The notes: generated by a model not told the origin, from the sequence alone. A stretch of 64,000 nucleotides of DNA from Eledone cirrhosa (GCA_964016885.1 OZ024743.1:283526001-283590000), one strand, 5' to 3'. Positions 48,301-63,300 are shown, counted from the stretch's first letter. Numbers and translations are program-made.

Positions 48301-51300
48301 GTGTTGGTGGTGCTGTTGATGTTGTTGGTGTTGGTGGTACTGTTGATGTTGTTGGTGTTGGTGGTGCTGTTGGTGTTGTTGGTGTTGGTGGTACTGTTGA
48401 TGTTGTTGGTGTTGTTGGTACTGTTGATGTTGTTGGTGTAGGTGGTACTGTTGATGTTGTTGGTGTTGGTGGTGCTGTTGATGTTGTTGGTGTTGGTGGT
48501 ACTGTTGATGTTGTTGGTGTTGGTGGTGCTGTTGGTGTTGTTGGTGTTGGTGGTACTGTTGATGTTGTTGGTGTTGTTGGTACTGTTGATGTTGTTGGTG
48601 TAGGTGGTACTGTTGATGTTGTTGGTGTTGGTGGTGCTGTTGATGTTGTTGGTGTTGGTGGTACTGTTGATGTTGTTGGTGTTGATGGTACTGTTGATGT
48701 TCTTGGTGTTGGTGGTACTGTTGATGTTGTTGGTGTTGGTGGTGCTGTTGATGTTGTTGGTGTTGGTGGTGCTGTTGATGTTGTTGGTGTTGGTGGTACT
48801 GTTGATGTTGTTGGTGTTGTTGGTACTGTTGATGTTGTTGGTGTTGGTGGTACTGTTGATGTTGTTGGTGTTGGTGGTGCTGTTGATGTTGTTGGTGTTG
48901 GTGGTACTGTTGATGTTGTTGGTGTTGGTGGTGCTGTTGATGTTGTTCGTGTTGGTGGTACTGTTGATGTTGTTGGTGTTGTTGGTACTGTTGATGTTGT
49001 TGGTGTTGGTGGTACTGTTGATGTTGTTGGTGTTGGTGGTGCTGTTGATGTTGTTGGTGTTGGTGGTACTGTTGATGTTGTTGGTGTTGGTGGTGCTGTT
49101 GATGTTGTTGGTGTTGGTGGTACTGTTGATGTTGTTGGTGTTGGTGGTACTGTTGATGTTGTTGGTGTTGTTGGTACTGTGTATGTTGTTGGTGTTGGTG
49201 GTGCTGTTGATGTTGTTGGTGTTGTTGGTACTGTTGATGTTGTTGGTGTTGGTGGTGCTGTTGATGTTGTTGGTGTTGTTGGTACTGTTGGTGTTGTTGG
49301 TGTTGATGGTACTGTTGGTGTTGTTGGTGTTGGTGGTGCTGTTGATGTTGTTGGTGTTGTTGGTACTGTTGATGTTGTTGGTGTTGGTGGTACTGTTGAT
49401 GTTGTTGGTGTTGATGGTACTGTTGATGTTGTTGGTGTTGTTGGTACTGTTGATGTTGTTGGTGTTGATGGTACTGTTGATGTTCTTGGTGTTGGTGGTG
49501 CTGTTGATGTTGTTGGTGTTGGTGGTACTGTTGATGTTGTTGGTGTTGGTGGTGCTGTTGATGTTGTTGGTGTTGGTGGTACTGTTGATGTTGTTGGTGT
49601 TGATGGTACTGTTGATGTTGTTGGTGTTGGTGGTACTGTTGATGTTGTTGTGTTGGTGGTGCTGTTGATGTTGTTGGTGTTGATGGTACTGTTGATGCTG
49701 TTGGTGTTGGTGGTGCTGTTGATGTTGTTGGTGTTGTTGTTACTGTTGATGTTGTTGGTGTTGGTGGTGCTGTTGATGTTGTTGGTGTTGGTGGTACTGT
49801 TGATGTTGTTGTGTTGGTGGTGCTGTTGATGTTGTTGGTGTTGATGGTACTGTTGATGTTGTTGGTGTTGGTGGTACTGTTGATGTTGTTGGTGTTGTTG
49901 GTACTGTTGATGTTGTTGGTGTTGGTGGTGCTGTTGATGTTGTTGGTGTTGTTGGTACTGTTGATGTTGTTGGTGTTGATGGTACTGTTGATGTTGTTTG
50001 TGTTGGTGGTACTGTTGATGTTGTTGGTGTTGTTGGTACTGTTGATGTTGTTGGTGTTGGTGGTGCTGTTGATGTTGTTGGTGTTGGTGGTACTGTTGAT
50101 GTTGTTGGTGTTGTTGGTACTGTTGATGTTGTTGGTGTTGATGGTACTGTTGATGTTGTTGGTGTTGGTGGTACTGTTGATGTTGTTGGTGTTGGTGGTG
50201 CTGTTGATGTTGTTGGTGTTGGTGGTACTGTTGATGTTGTTGGTGTTGGTGGTGCTGTTGATGTTGTTGGTGTTGGTGGTGCTGTTGATGTTGTTGGTGT
50301 TGGTGGTACTGTTGATGTTGTTGGTGTTGGTGGTGCTGTTGATGTTGTTGGTGTTGGTGGTACTGTTGATGTTGTTGGTGTTGGTGGTGCTGTTGATGTT
50401 GTTGGTGTTGGTGGTACTGTTGATGTTGTTGGTGTTGGTGGTGCTGTTGATGTTGTTGGTGTTGGTGGTACTGTTGATGTTGTTGGTGTTGGTGGTACTG
50501 TTGATGTTGTTGGTGTTGGTGGTGCTGTTGATGTTGTTGGTGTTGGTGGTGCTGTTGATGTTGTTGGTGTTGGTGGTGCTGTTGATGTTGTTGGTGTTGG
50601 TGGTACTGTTGATGTTGTTGGTGTTGGTGGTGCTGTTGATGTTGTTGGTGTTGTTGGTACTGTTGATGTTGTTGGTGTTGGTGGTACTGTTGATGTTGTT
50701 GGTGTTGGTGGTGCTGTTGATGTTGTTGGTGTTAGTGGTACTGTTGAAGTTGTTGGTGTTGGTGGTGCTGTTGATGTTGTTGGTGTTGTTGGTACTGTTG
50801 ATGTTGTTGGTGTTGTTGGTACTGTTGATGTTGTTGGTGTTGGTGGTACTGTTGATGTTGTTGGTGTTGGTGGTACTGTTGATGTTGTTGTGTTGGTGGT
50901 GCTGTTGATGTTGTTGGTGTTGATGGTACTGTTGATGTTGTTGGTGTTGGTGGTACTGTTGATGTTGTTGGTGTTGTTGGTACTGTTGATGTTGTTGGTG
51001 TTGGTGGTGCTGTTGATGTTGTTGGTGTTGTTGGTACTGTTGATGTTGCTGGTGTTGGTGGTACTGTTGATGTTATTGGTGTTGGTGGTGCTGTTGATGT
51101 TGTTGGTGTTGGTGGTACTGTTGATGTTGTTGGTGTTGGTGGTACTGTTGATGTTGTTGGTGTTGGTGGTACTGTTGATGTTGTTGGTGTTGGTGGTGCT
51201 GTTGATGTTGTTGGTGTTGTTGGTACTGTTGATGTTGTTGGTGTTGGTGGTACTGTTGATGTTGTTGGTGTTGGTGGTGCTGTTGATGTTGTTGGTGTTG

Positions 51301-54300
51301 GTGGTGCTGTTGATGTTGTTGGTGTTGGTGGTACTGTTGATGTTGTTGGTGTTGGTGGTGCTGTTGATGTTGTTGGTGTTGATGGTACTGTTGATGTTGT
51401 TGGTGTTGGTGGTACTGTTGATGTTGTTGGTGTTGTTGGTACTGTTGATGTTGTTGGTGTTGGTGGTGCTGTTGATGTTGTTGGTGTTGGTGGTACTGTT
51501 GATGTTGTTGGTGTTGTTGGTACTGTTGATGTTGTTGGTGTTGGTGGTACTGTTGATGTTGTTGGTGTTGGTGGTGCTGTTGATGTTGTTGGTGTTGTTG
51601 GTACTGTTGATGTTGTTGGTGTTGTTGGTACTGTTGATGTTGTTGGTGTTGGTGGTACTGTTGATGTTGTTGGTGTTGGTGGTGCTGTTGATGTTGTTGG
51701 TGTTAGTGGTACTGTTGATGTTGTTGGTGTTGGTGGTGCTGTTGATGTTGTTGGTGTTGATGGTACTGTTGATGTTGTTGGTGTTGGTGGTACTGTTGAT
51801 GTTGTTGGTGTTGTTGGTACTGTTGATGTTGCTGGTGTTGGTGGTGCTGTTGATGTTGTTGGTGTTGGTGGTACTGTTGATGTTGTTGGTGTTGGTGGTT
51901 CTGTTGATGTTGTTGGTGTTGGTGGTGCTGTTGATGTTGTTGGTTTTGGTGGTGCTGTTGATGTTGTTGGTGTTGGTGGTACTGTTGATGTTGTTGGTGT
52001 TAGTGGTGCTGTTGTTGGTGTTGGTGGTACTGTTGATGTTGTTGGTGTTGGTGGTGCTGTTGATGTTGTTGGTGTTTGTGGTGCTGTTGATGTTGTTGGT
52101 GTTGGTGGTACTGTTGATGTTGTTGGTGTTGGTGGTACTGTTGATGTTGTTGGCGTTAGTGGTACTGTTGATGTTGTTGGTGTTGGTGGTACTGTTGATG
52201 TTGTTGGTGTTGGTGGTGCTGTTGTTGGTGTTGGTGTTGGTGGTACTGCTGATGTTGTTGGTGTTGGTGGTACTGTTGATGTTGTTGGTGTTGGTGGTGC
52301 TGTTGATGTTGTTGGTGTTGATGGTACTGTTGATGTTGTTGGTTTTGGTGGTGCTGTTGTTGGTGTTGGTGTTGGTGGTACTGTTGATGTTGTTGGTGTT
52401 GGTGGTGCTGTTGATGTTGTTGGTGTTGGTGGTGCTGTTGATGTTGTTGGTGTTGGTGGTACTGTTGATGTTGTTTGTGTTGGTGGTGCTGTTGATGTTG
52501 TTGGTGTTGGTGGTGCTGTTGATGTTGTTGGTGTTGGTGGTGCTGTTGATGTTGTTGGTGTTGGTGGTACTGTTGATGTTGTTTGTGTTGGTGGTGCTGT
52601 TGATGTTGTTGGTTTTGGTGGTGCTGTTGTTGGTGTTGGTGTTGGTGGTGCTGTTGATGTTGTTGGTGTTGGTGGTACTGTTGATGTTGTTGGTGTTAGT
52701 GGTGCTGTTGTTGGTGTTGGTGTTGGTGGTGCTGTTGATGTTGTTGGTGTTGGTGGTACTGTTGATGTTGTTGGTGTTAGTGGTGCTGTTGTTGGTGTTG
52801 GTGTTGGTTGTGCTGTTGATGTTGTTGGTGTTGGTGGTGATGTTGATGTTGTTGGTGTTGGTGGTACTGTTGATGTTGTTGGTGTTGGTGGTGCTGTTGA
52901 TGTTGTTGGTGTTGGTGGTACTGTTGATGTTGTTGGTGTTGGTGGTACTGTTGATGTTGTTGGTGTTGGTGGTACTGTTGATGTTGTTGGTGTTGGTGGT
53001 GCTGTTGATGTTGTTGGTGTTGGTGGTGCTGTTGATGTTGTTGGTGTTGGTGGTACTGTTGATGTTGTTGGTGTTGGTGGTGCTGTTGTTGGTGTTGGTG
53101 TTGGTGGTACTGTTGATGTTGTTGGTGTTGGTGGTACTGTTGATGTTGTTGGTGTTGGTGGTACTGTTGATGTTGTTGGTGTTGGTGGTGCTGTTGATGT
53201 TGTTGGTGTTGGTGGTACTGTTGATGTTGTTGGTGTTGGTGTTGCTGTTGTTGGTGTTGGTGTTGGTGTTGGTGGTACTGTTGATGTTGTTGGTGTTTTT
53301 GGTACTGTTGATGTTGTTGGTGTTGGTGGTACTGTTGATGTTGTTGGTGTTGGTGGTACTGTTGATGTTGTTGGTGTTGGTGGTGCTGTTGATGTTGTTG
53401 GTGTTGGTGGTACTGTATATGTTGTTGGTGTTGGTGGTACTGTTGATGTTGTTGGTGTTGGTGGTGCTGTTGATGTTGTTCGTGTTGGTGGTACTGTTGA
53501 TGTTGTTGGTGTTGTTGGTACTGTTGATGTTGTTGGTGTTGGTGGTACTGTTGATGTTGTTGGTGTTGGTGGTGCTGTTGATGTTGTTGGTGTTGGTGGT
53601 ACTGTTGATGTTGTTGGTGTTGGTGGTGCTGTTGATGTTGTTGGTGTTGGTGGTACTGTTGATGTTGTTGGTGTTGGTGGTACTGTTGATGTTGTTGGTG
53701 TTGTTGGTACTGTGTATGTTGTTGCTGTTGGTGGTGCTGTTGATGTTGTTGGTGTTGTTGGTACTGTTGATGTTGTTGGTGTTGGTGGTGCTGTTGATGT
53801 TGTTGGTGTTGTTGGTACTGTTGGTGTTGTTGGTGTTGATGGTACTGTTGGTGTTGTTGGTGTTGGTGGTGCTGTTGATGTTGTTGGTGTTGTTGGTACT
53901 GTTGATGTTGTTGGTGTTGGTGGTACTGTTGATGTTGTTGGTGTTGATGGTACTGTTGATGTTGTTGGTGTTGTTGGTACTGTTGATGTTGTTGGTGTTG
54001 ATGGTACTGTTGATGTTCTTGGTGTTGGTGGTGCTGTTGATGTTGTTGGTGTTGGTGGTACTGTTGATGTTGTTGGTGTTGGTGGTGCTGTTGATGTTGT
54101 TGGTGTTGGTGGTACTGTTGATGTTGTTGGTGTTGATGGTACTGTTGATGTTGTTGGTGTTGGTGGTACTGTTGATGTTGTTGTGTTGGTGGTGCTGTTG
54201 ATGTTGTTGGTGTTGATGGTACTGTTGATGCTGTTGGTGTTGGTGGTGCTGTTGATGTTGTTGGTGTTGTTGTTACTGTTGATGTTGTTGGTGTTGGTGG

Positions 54301-57300
54301 TGCTGTTGATGTTGTTGGTGTTGGTGGTACTGTTGATGTTGTTGTGTTGGTGGTGCTGTTGATGTTGTTGGTGTTGATGGTACTGTTGATGTTGTTGGTG
54401 TTGGTGGTACTGTTGATGTTGTTGGTGTTGTTGGTACTGTTGATGTTGTTGGTGTTGGTGGTGCTGTTGATGTTGTTGGTGTTGTTGGTACTGTTGATGT
54501 TGTTGGTGTTGGTGGTGCTGTTGATGTTGTTGGTGTTGGTGGTACTGTTGATGTTGTTGGTGTTGATGGTACTGTTGATGTTGTTGGTGTTGGTGGTGCT
54601 GTTGATGTTGTTGGTGTTGGTGGTACTGTTGATGTTGTTGGTGTTGATGGTACCGTTGATGTTGTTGGTGTTGGTGGTACTGTTGATGTTGTTGGTGTTG
54701 GTGGTACTGTTGATGTTGTTGGTATTGTTGGTACTGTTGATGTTGTTGGTGTTGGTGGTACTGTTGATGTTGTTGGTGTTGTTGGTACTGTTGATGTTGT
54801 TGGTGTTGGTGGTGCTGTTGATGTTGTTGATGTTGGTGGTACTGTTGATGTTGTTGGTGTTGTTGGTACTGTTGATGTTGTTGGTGTTGATGGTACTGTT
54901 GATGTTGTTTGTGTTGGTGGTACTGTTGATGTTGTTGGTGTTGTTGGTACTGTTGATGTTGGTGGTGTTGGTGGTGCTGTTGATGTTGTTGGTGTTGGTG
55001 GTACTGTTGATGTTGTTGGTGTTGTTGGTACTGTTGATGTTGTTGGTGTTGATGGTACTGTTGATGTTGTTGGTGTTGGTGGTACTGTTGATGTTGTTGG
55101 TGTTGGTGGTGCTGTTGATGTTGTTGGTGTTGGTGGTACTGTTGATGTTGTTGGTGTTGGTGGTGCTGTTGATGTTGTTGGTGTTGGTGGTGCCGTTGAT
55201 GTTGTTGGTGTTGGTGGTGCTGTTGATGTTGTTGGTGTTGGTGGTACTGTTGATGTTGTTGGTGTTGGTGGTGCTGTTGATGTTGTTGGTGTTGTTGGTA
55301 CTGTTGATGTTGTTGGTGTTGGTGGTACTGTTGGTGTTGTTGGTGTTGGTGGTGCTGTTGATGTTGTTGGTGTTAGTGGTACTTTTGAAGTTGTTGGTGT
55401 TGGTGGTGCTGTTGATGTTGTTGGTGTTGTTGGTACTGTTGATGTTGTTGGTGTTGGTGGTGCTGTTGATGTTGTTGGTGTTGGTGGTACTGTTGATGTT
55501 GTTGGTGTTGGTGGTGCTGTTGATGTTGTTGGTGTTGATGGTACTGTTGATGTTGTTGGTGTTGATGGTACTGTTGATGTTGTTGGTGTTGGTGGTACTG
55601 TTGATGTTGTTGGTGTTGTTGGTACTGTTGATGTTGTTGGTGTTGGTGGTGCTGTTGATGTTGTTGGTGTTGGTGGTACTGTTGATGTTGTTGTGTTGGT
55701 GGTGCTGTTGATGTTGTTGGTGTTGATGGTACTGTTGATGTTGTTGGTGTTGGTGGTACTGTTGATGTTGTTGGTGTTGTTGGTACTGTTGATGTTGTTG
55801 GTGTTGGTGGTGCTGTTGATGTTGTTGGTGTTGTTGGTACTGTTGATGTTGCTGGTGTTGGTGGTACTGTTGATGTTATTGGTGTTGGTGGTGCTGTTGA
55901 TGTTGTTGGTGTTGGTGGTACTGTTGATGTTGTTGGTGTTGGTGGTACTGTTGATGTTGTTGGTGTTGGTGGTACTGTTGATGTTGTTGGTGTTGGTGGT
56001 GCTGTTGATGTTGTTGGTGTTGTTGGTACTGTTGATGTTGTTGGTGTTGGTGGTACTGTTGATGTTGTTGGTGTTGGTGGTACTGTTGATGTTGTTGGTG
56101 TTGGTGGTACTGTTGATGTTGTTGTGTTGGTGGTGCTGTTGATGTTGTTGGTGTTGATGGTACTGTTGATGTTGTTGGTGTTGGTGGTACTGTTGATGTT
56201 GTTGGTGTTGTTGGTACTGTTGATGTTGTTGGTGTTGGTGGTGCTGTTGATGTTGTTGGTGTTGTTGGTACTGTTGATGTTGCTGGTGTTGGTGGTACTG
56301 TTGATGTTATTGGTGTTGGTGGTGCTGTTGATGTTGTTGGTGTTGGTGGTACTGTTGATGTTGTTGGTGTTGGTGGTACTGTTGATGTTGTTGGTGTTGG
56401 TGGTACTGTTGATGTTGTTGGTGTTGGTGGTGCTGTTGATGTTGTTGGTGTTGTTGGTACTGTTGATGTTGTTGGTGTTGGTGGTACTGTTGATGTTGTT
56501 GGTGTTGGTGGTGCTGTTGATGTTGTTGGTGTTGGTGGTGCTGTTGATGTTGTTGGTGTTGGTGGTACTGTTGATGTTGTTGGTGTTGGTGGTGCTGTTG
56601 ATGTTGTTGGTGTTGATGGTACTGTTGATGTTGTTGGTGTTGGTGGTACTGTTGATGTTGTTGGTGTTGTTGGTACTGTTGATGTTGTTGGTGTTGGTGG
56701 TGCTGTTGATGTTGTTGGTTTTGGTGGTACTGTTGATGTTGTTGGTGTTGTTGGTACTGTTGATGTTGTTGGTGTTGGTGGTACTGTTGATGTTGTTGGT
56801 GTTGGTGGTGCTGTTGATGTTGTTGGTGTTGTTGGTACTGTTGATGTTGTTGGTGTTGTTGGTACTGTTGATGTTGTTGGTGTTGGTGGTACTGTTGATG
56901 TTGTTGGTGTTGGTGGTGCTGTTGATGTTGTTGGTGTTAGTGGTACTGTTGATGTTGTTGGTGTTGGTGGTGCTGTTGATGTTGTTGGTGTTGATGGTAC
57001 TGTTGATGTTGTTGGTGTTGGTGGTACTGTTGATGTTGTTGGTGTTGTTGGTACTGTTGATGTTGTTGGTGTTGGTGGTGCTGTTGATGTTGTTGGTGTT
57101 GGTGGTACTGTTGATGTTGTTGGTGTTGGTGGTGCTGTTGATGTTGTTGGTGTTGGTGGTGCTGTTGATGTTGTTGGTTTTGGTGGTGCTGTTGATGTTG
57201 TTGGTGTTGGTGGTACTGTTGATGTTGTTGGTGTTAGTGGTGCTGTTGTTGGTGTTGGTGGTACTGTTGATGTTGTTGGTGTTGGTGGTGCTGTTGATGT

Positions 57301-60300
57301 TGTTGGTGTTTGTGGTGCTGTTGATGTTGTTGGTGTTGGTGGTACTGTTGATGTTGTTGGTGTTGGTGGTACTGTTGATGTTGTTGGCGTTAGTGGTACT
57401 GTTGATGTTGTTGGTGTTGGTGGTACTGTTGATGTTGTTGGTGTTGGTGGTGCTGTTGTTGGTGTTGGTGTTGGTGGTACTGCTGATGTTGTTGGTGTTG
57501 GTGGTACTGTTGATGTTGTTGGTGTTGGTGGTGCTGTTGATTTTGTTGGTGTTGATGGTACTGTTGATGTTGTTGGTTTTGGTGGTGCTGTTGTTGGTGT
57601 TGGTGTTGGTGGTACTGTTGATGTTGTTGGTGTTGGTGGTGCTGTTGATGTTGTTGGTGTTGGTGGTGCTGTTGATGTTGTTGGTTTTGGTGGTACTGTT
57701 GATGTTGTTTGTGTTGGTGGTGCTGTTGATGTTGTTGGTGTTGGTGGTGCTGTTGATGTTGTTGGTGTTGGTGGTGCTGTTGATGTTGTTGGTGTTGGTG
57801 GTACTGTTGATGTTGTTTGTGTTGGTGGTGCTGTTGATGTTGTTGGTTTTGGTGGTGCTGTTGTTGGTGTTGGTGTTGGTGGTGCTGTTGATGTTGTTGG
57901 TGTTGGTGGTACTGTTGATGTTGTTGGTGTTAGTGGTGCTGTTGTTGGTGTTGGTGTTGGTGGTGCTGTTGATGTTGTTGGTGTTGGTGGTACTGTTGAT
58001 GTTGTTGGTGTTAGTGGTGCTGTTGTTGGTGTTGGTGTTGGTTGTGCTGTTGATGTTGTTGGTGTTGGTGGTGATGTTGATGTTGTTGGTGTTGGTGGTA
58101 CTGTTGATGTTGTTGGTGTTGGTGGTGCTGTTGATGTTGTTGGTGTTGGTGGTACTGTTGATGTTGTTGGTGTTGGTGGTACTGTTGATGTTGTTGGTGT
58201 TGGTGGTACTGTTGATGTTGTTGGTGTTGGTGGTGCTGTTGATGTTGTTGGTGTTGGTGGTGCTGTTGATGTTGTTGGTGTTGGTGGTACTGTTGATGTT
58301 GTTGGTGTTGGTGGTGCTGTTGTTGGTGTTGGTGTTGGTGGTACTGTTGATGTTGTTGGTGTTGGTGGTACTGTTGATGTTGTTGGTGTTGGTGGTACTG
58401 TTGATGTTGTTGGTGTTGGTGGTGCTGTTGATGTTGTTGGTGTTGGTGGTACTGTTGATGTTGTTGGTGTTGGTGTTGCTGTTGTTGGTGTTGGTGTTGG
58501 TGTTGGTGGTACTGTTGATGTTGTTGGTGTTTTTGGTACTGTTGATGTTGTTGGTGTTGGTGGTACTGTTGATGTTGTTGGTGTTGGTGGTACTGTTGAT
58601 GTTGTTGGTGTTGGTGGTGCTGTTGATGTTGTTGGTGTTGGTGGTACTGTATATGTTGTTGGTGTTGGTGGTACTGTTGATGTTGTTGGTGTTGGTGGTG
58701 CTGTTGATGTTGTTGGTGTTGGTGGTGCTGTTGTTGGTGTTGGTGTTGGTGGTACTGTTGATGTTGTTGGTGTTGGTGGTACTGTTGATGTTGATGGTGT
58801 TGGTGGTACTGTTGATGTTGTTGGTGTTGGTGGTGCTGTTGTTGGTGTTGGTGTTGGTGGTACTGTTGATGTTGTTGGTGTTGGTGGTACTGTTGATGTT
58901 GTTGGTGTTGGTCGTACTGTTGATGTTGTAGGTGTTGGTGGTGCTGTTGATGTTGTTGGTGCTGTTGATGTTTTTGGTGTTGGTGGTACTGTTGATGTTG
59001 TTGGTGTTGGTGGTATTGTTCATGTTGTTGGTGTTGGTGGTACTGTTGATGTTGTTGGTGTTGGTGGTACTGTTCATGTTGTTGGTGTTGGTGGTACTGT
59101 TCATGTTGTTGGTGTTGGTGGTACTGTTGATGTTGTTGGTGTTGGTGGTGCTGTTGCTGTTGTTGGTGTTAGTGGTGCTGTTGATGTTGTTGGTGTTGGT
59201 GGTACTGTTGATGTTGTTGGTGTTTGTGGTACTGTTGATGTTGTTGGTGTTGGTGGTACTGTTGATGTTGTTGTTGGTGGTGCTGTTGATGTTGTTGGTG
59301 TTGGTGGTACTGTTGATGTTGTTGGTGTTGGTGGTACTGTTGTTGGTGTTGGTGTTGGTGGTACTGTTGATGTTGTTGGTGTTGGTGGTGCTGTGTATGT
59401 TGTTGGTGTTGGTGGTGCTGTTGATGTTGTTGCTGTTGGTGCTGCTGTTGGTGTTGTTGGTGTTCGTGGTACTGTTGATGTTGTTGTTGGTGTTGGTGGT
59501 GCTGTTGAAGTTGTTGGTGTTGGTGGTGCTGTTGATGTTGTTGGTGTTGGTGGTGCTGTTGTTGGTGTTGGTGTTGATGGTACTGTTGATGTTGTTGGTG
59601 TTGGTGGTGCTGTTGTTGGTGTTGGTGTTGGTGGTACTGTTGATGTTGTTGGTGTTGGTGGTACTGTTGATGTTGTTGGTGTTGGTGGTGCTGTTGTTGT
59701 TGTTGGTGTTGGTGGTACTGTTGTTGGTGTTGGTGTTGGTGGTACTGTTGATGTTGTTGGTGTTGGTGGTGCTGTTGATGTTGTTGGTGTTGATGGTACT
59801 GTTGATGTTGTTGGTGTTGGTGGTGCTGTTGTTGGTGTTGGTGTTGGTGGTACTGTTGATGTTGTTGGTGTTGGTGGTACTGTTGATGTTGTTGGTGTTG
59901 GTGGTGCTGTTGTTGTTGTTGGTGTTGGTGGTACTGTTGATGTTGTTGGTGTTGGTGGTACTGTTGTTAGTGTTGGTTTTGGTGGTACTGTTGATGCTGT
60001 TGGTGTTGGTGGTGCTGTTGGTGTTGTTGGTGTTCGTGGTACTGTTGATGTTGTTGGTGTTGTTGGTACTGTTGTTAGTGTTGGTTTTGGTGGTACTGTT
60101 GATGTTGTTGGTGTTGGTGGTGCTGTTGGTGTTGTTGGTGTTCGTGGTACTGTTGATGTTGTTGGTGTTAGTGGTGCTGTTGATGTTGTTGGTGTTGGTG
60201 GTGCTGTTGATGTTGTTGGTGCTGTTGATGTTGTTGGTGTTGGTGGTGCTGTTGATGTTGTTGGTGTTGGTGGTACTGTTGATGTTGTTGGTGTTGGTGG

Positions 60301-63300
60301 TACTGTTGATGTTGTTGGTGTTGGTGGTACTGTTGATGTTGTTGGTGTTGGTGGTACTGTTGATGTTGTTGGTGTTGGTGGTACTGTTGATGTTGATGTT
60401 GTTGGTGTTGGTGTACTGTTGATGTTGTTGGTGCTGTTGATGTTGTTGGTGTTGGTGGTACTGTTGATGTTGTTGGTGTTGGTGATGCTGTTGATGTTGT
60501 TGGTGTTGGTGGGACTGTTGATGTTGTTGGTGTTGGTGGTGCTGTTGATGTTGTTGGTGTTGGTGGTGCTGTTGATGTTGTTGGTGTTGGTGGTACTGTT
60601 GATGTAGTTGGTGTTGGTGGTGCTGTTGATGTTGTTGGTGTTGGTGGTACTGTTGATGTTGTTGGTGTTGGTGGTGCTGTTGATGTTGTTGGTGTTGGTG
60701 GTGCTGTTTATGTTGCTGGTGTTGGTGGTGCTGTTGATGTTGTTGGTGTTGGTGGTGCTGTTGATGTTGTTGGTGTTGGTGGTACTGTTGATGTTGTTGG
60801 TGTTGGTGGTGCTGTTGATGTTGTTGGTGTTGGTGGTACTGTTGATGTTGTTGGTGTTGGTGGTACTGTTGATGTAGTTGGTGTTGGTGGTGCTGTTGAT
60901 GTTGTTGGTGTTGGTGGTACTGTTGATGTTGTTGGTGTTGGTGGTGCTGTTGATGTTGTTGGTGTTGGTGGTGCTGTTTATGTTGCTGGTGTTGGTGGTG
61001 CTGTTGATGTTGTTGGTGTTGGTGGTGCTGTTGATGTTGTTGGTGTTGGTGGTACTGTTGATGTTGTTGGTGTTGGTGGTGCTGTTGATGTTGTTGGTGT
61101 TGGTGGTACTGTTGATGTTGTTGGTGGTACTGTTGATGTTGTTGGTGGTACTGTTGATGTTGTTGGTGTTGGTGGTACTGTTGATGTTGTTGGTGTTGGT
61201 GGTACTGTTGATGTTGTTGGTGTTGGTGGTACTGTTGATGTTGTTGGTGTTAGTGGTGCTGTGTATGTTGTTGGTGTTGGTGGTACTGTTGATGTTGTTG
61301 GTGTTGGTGGTGCTGTTGATGTTGTTGGTGTTGGTGGTACTGTTGGTGTTGTTGGTGTTAGTGGTGCTGTTGTTGGTGTTGGTGTTGGTTGTGCTGTTGA
61401 TGTTGTTGGTGTTGGTGGTGATGTTGATGTTGTTGGTGTTGGTGGTACTGTTGATGTTGTTGGTGTTGGTGGTGCTGTTGATGTTGTTGGTGTTGGTTGT
61501 GCTGTTGATGTTGTTGGTGTTGGTGGTGATGTTGATGTTGTTGGTGTTGGTGGTACTGTTGATGTTGTTGGTGTTGGTGGTACTGTTGATGTTGTTGGTG
61601 TTGGTGGTGCTGTTGATGTTGTTGGTGTTAGTGGTACTGTTGATGTTGTTGGTGTTGGTGGTACTGTTGATGTTGTTGGTGTTGGTGGTACTGTTGATGT
61701 TGTTGGTGTTGGTGTACTGTTGATGTTGTTGGTGCTGTTGATGTTTTGGTGTTGGTGGTACTGTTGATGTTGTTGGTGTTGGTGGTGCTGTTGATGTTGT
61801 TGGTGTTGGTGGTGCTGTTGATGTTGTTGGTGTTGGTGGTACTGTTGATGTTGTTGGTGTTGGTGGTGCTGTTGTTGGTGTTGGTGTTGGTGGTACTGTT
61901 GATGTTGTTGGTGTTGGTGGTACTGTTGATGTTGTTGGTGTTGGTGGTACTGTTGTTGGTGTTGGTGTTGGTGGTACTGTTGATGTTGTTGGTGTTGGTG
62001 GTACTGTTGATGTTGTTGGTGTTGGTGGTGCTGTTGATGTTGTTGGTGTTGATGGTACTGTTGATGTTGTTGGTGTTGGTGGTACTGTTGATGTTGTTGG
62101 TGTTGGTGGTGCTGTTGATGTTGTTGGTGTTAGTGGTGCTGTTGATATTGTTGGTGTTGGTGGTACTGTTGATGTTGTTGGTGTTGGTGGTGCTGTTGAT
62201 GTTGTTGGTGTTGGTGGTACTGTTGATGTTGTTGGTGTTGGTGGTACTGCTACTGTTGTTGGTGTTAGTGGTACTGTTGCTGTTGTTGGTGTTAGTGGTG
62301 CTGTTGATGTTGTTGGTGTTAGTGGTACTGTTGATGTTGTTGGTGTTGGTGGTGCTGTTGATGTTGTTGGTGTTGGTGGTACTGTTGATGTTGTTGGTGT
62401 TGGTGGTACTGTTGATATTGTTGGTGTTAGTGGTACTGTTGATGTTGTTGGTGTTGGTGGTGCTGTTGATGTTGTTGGTGTTAGTGGTACTGTTGATGTT
62501 GTTGGTGTTAGTGGTGCTGTTGATGTTGTTGGTGTTGTTGGTGCTGTTGATGTTGTTGGTGTTAGTGGTGCTGTTGATATTGTTGGTGTTGGTGGTACTG
62601 TTGATGTTGTTGGTGTTGGTGGTGCTGTTGATGTTGTTGGTGTTGGTGGTGCTGTTGATGTTGTTGGTGTTGGTGGTGCTGTTGATGTTGTTGGTGTTGT
62701 TGGTGCTGTTGATGTTGTTGGTGTTAGTGGTGCTGTTGATATTGTTGGTGTTAGTGGTACTGTTGGTGTTGTTGGTGTTGGTGGTGCTATTGATGTTGTT
62801 GGTGTTGTTGGTGCTGTTGATGTTGTTGGTGTTGGTGGTGCTGTTGATGTTGTTGGTGTTGGTGGTGCTGTTGATGTTGTTGGTGTTGGTGGTGCTGTTG
62901 ATGTTGTTGGTGTTGGTGGTACTGTTGATATTGTTGGTGTTGTTGGTGCTGTTGATGTTGTTGGTGTTAGTGGTGCTGTTGATATTGTTGGTGTTGGTGG
63001 TACTGTTGATGTTGTTGGTGTTTGTGGTACTGTTGATGTTGTTGGTGTTGGTGGTACTGTTGATGTTGTTGGTGTTGGTGGTGCTGTTGATGTTGTTGGT
63101 GTTAGTGGTGCTGTTGATGTTGTTGGTGTTGGTGGTACTGTTGATGTTGTTGGTGTTGGTGGTGCTGTTGATGTTGTTGGTGTTGGTGGTGCAGTTGATG
63201 TTGTTGGTGTTGGCGGTACTGTTGATGTTGTTGGTGTTGGTGGTACTGTTGATGTTGTTGGTGTTGTTGGTGCTGTTGATGTTGCTGGTGTTGGTGGTGC

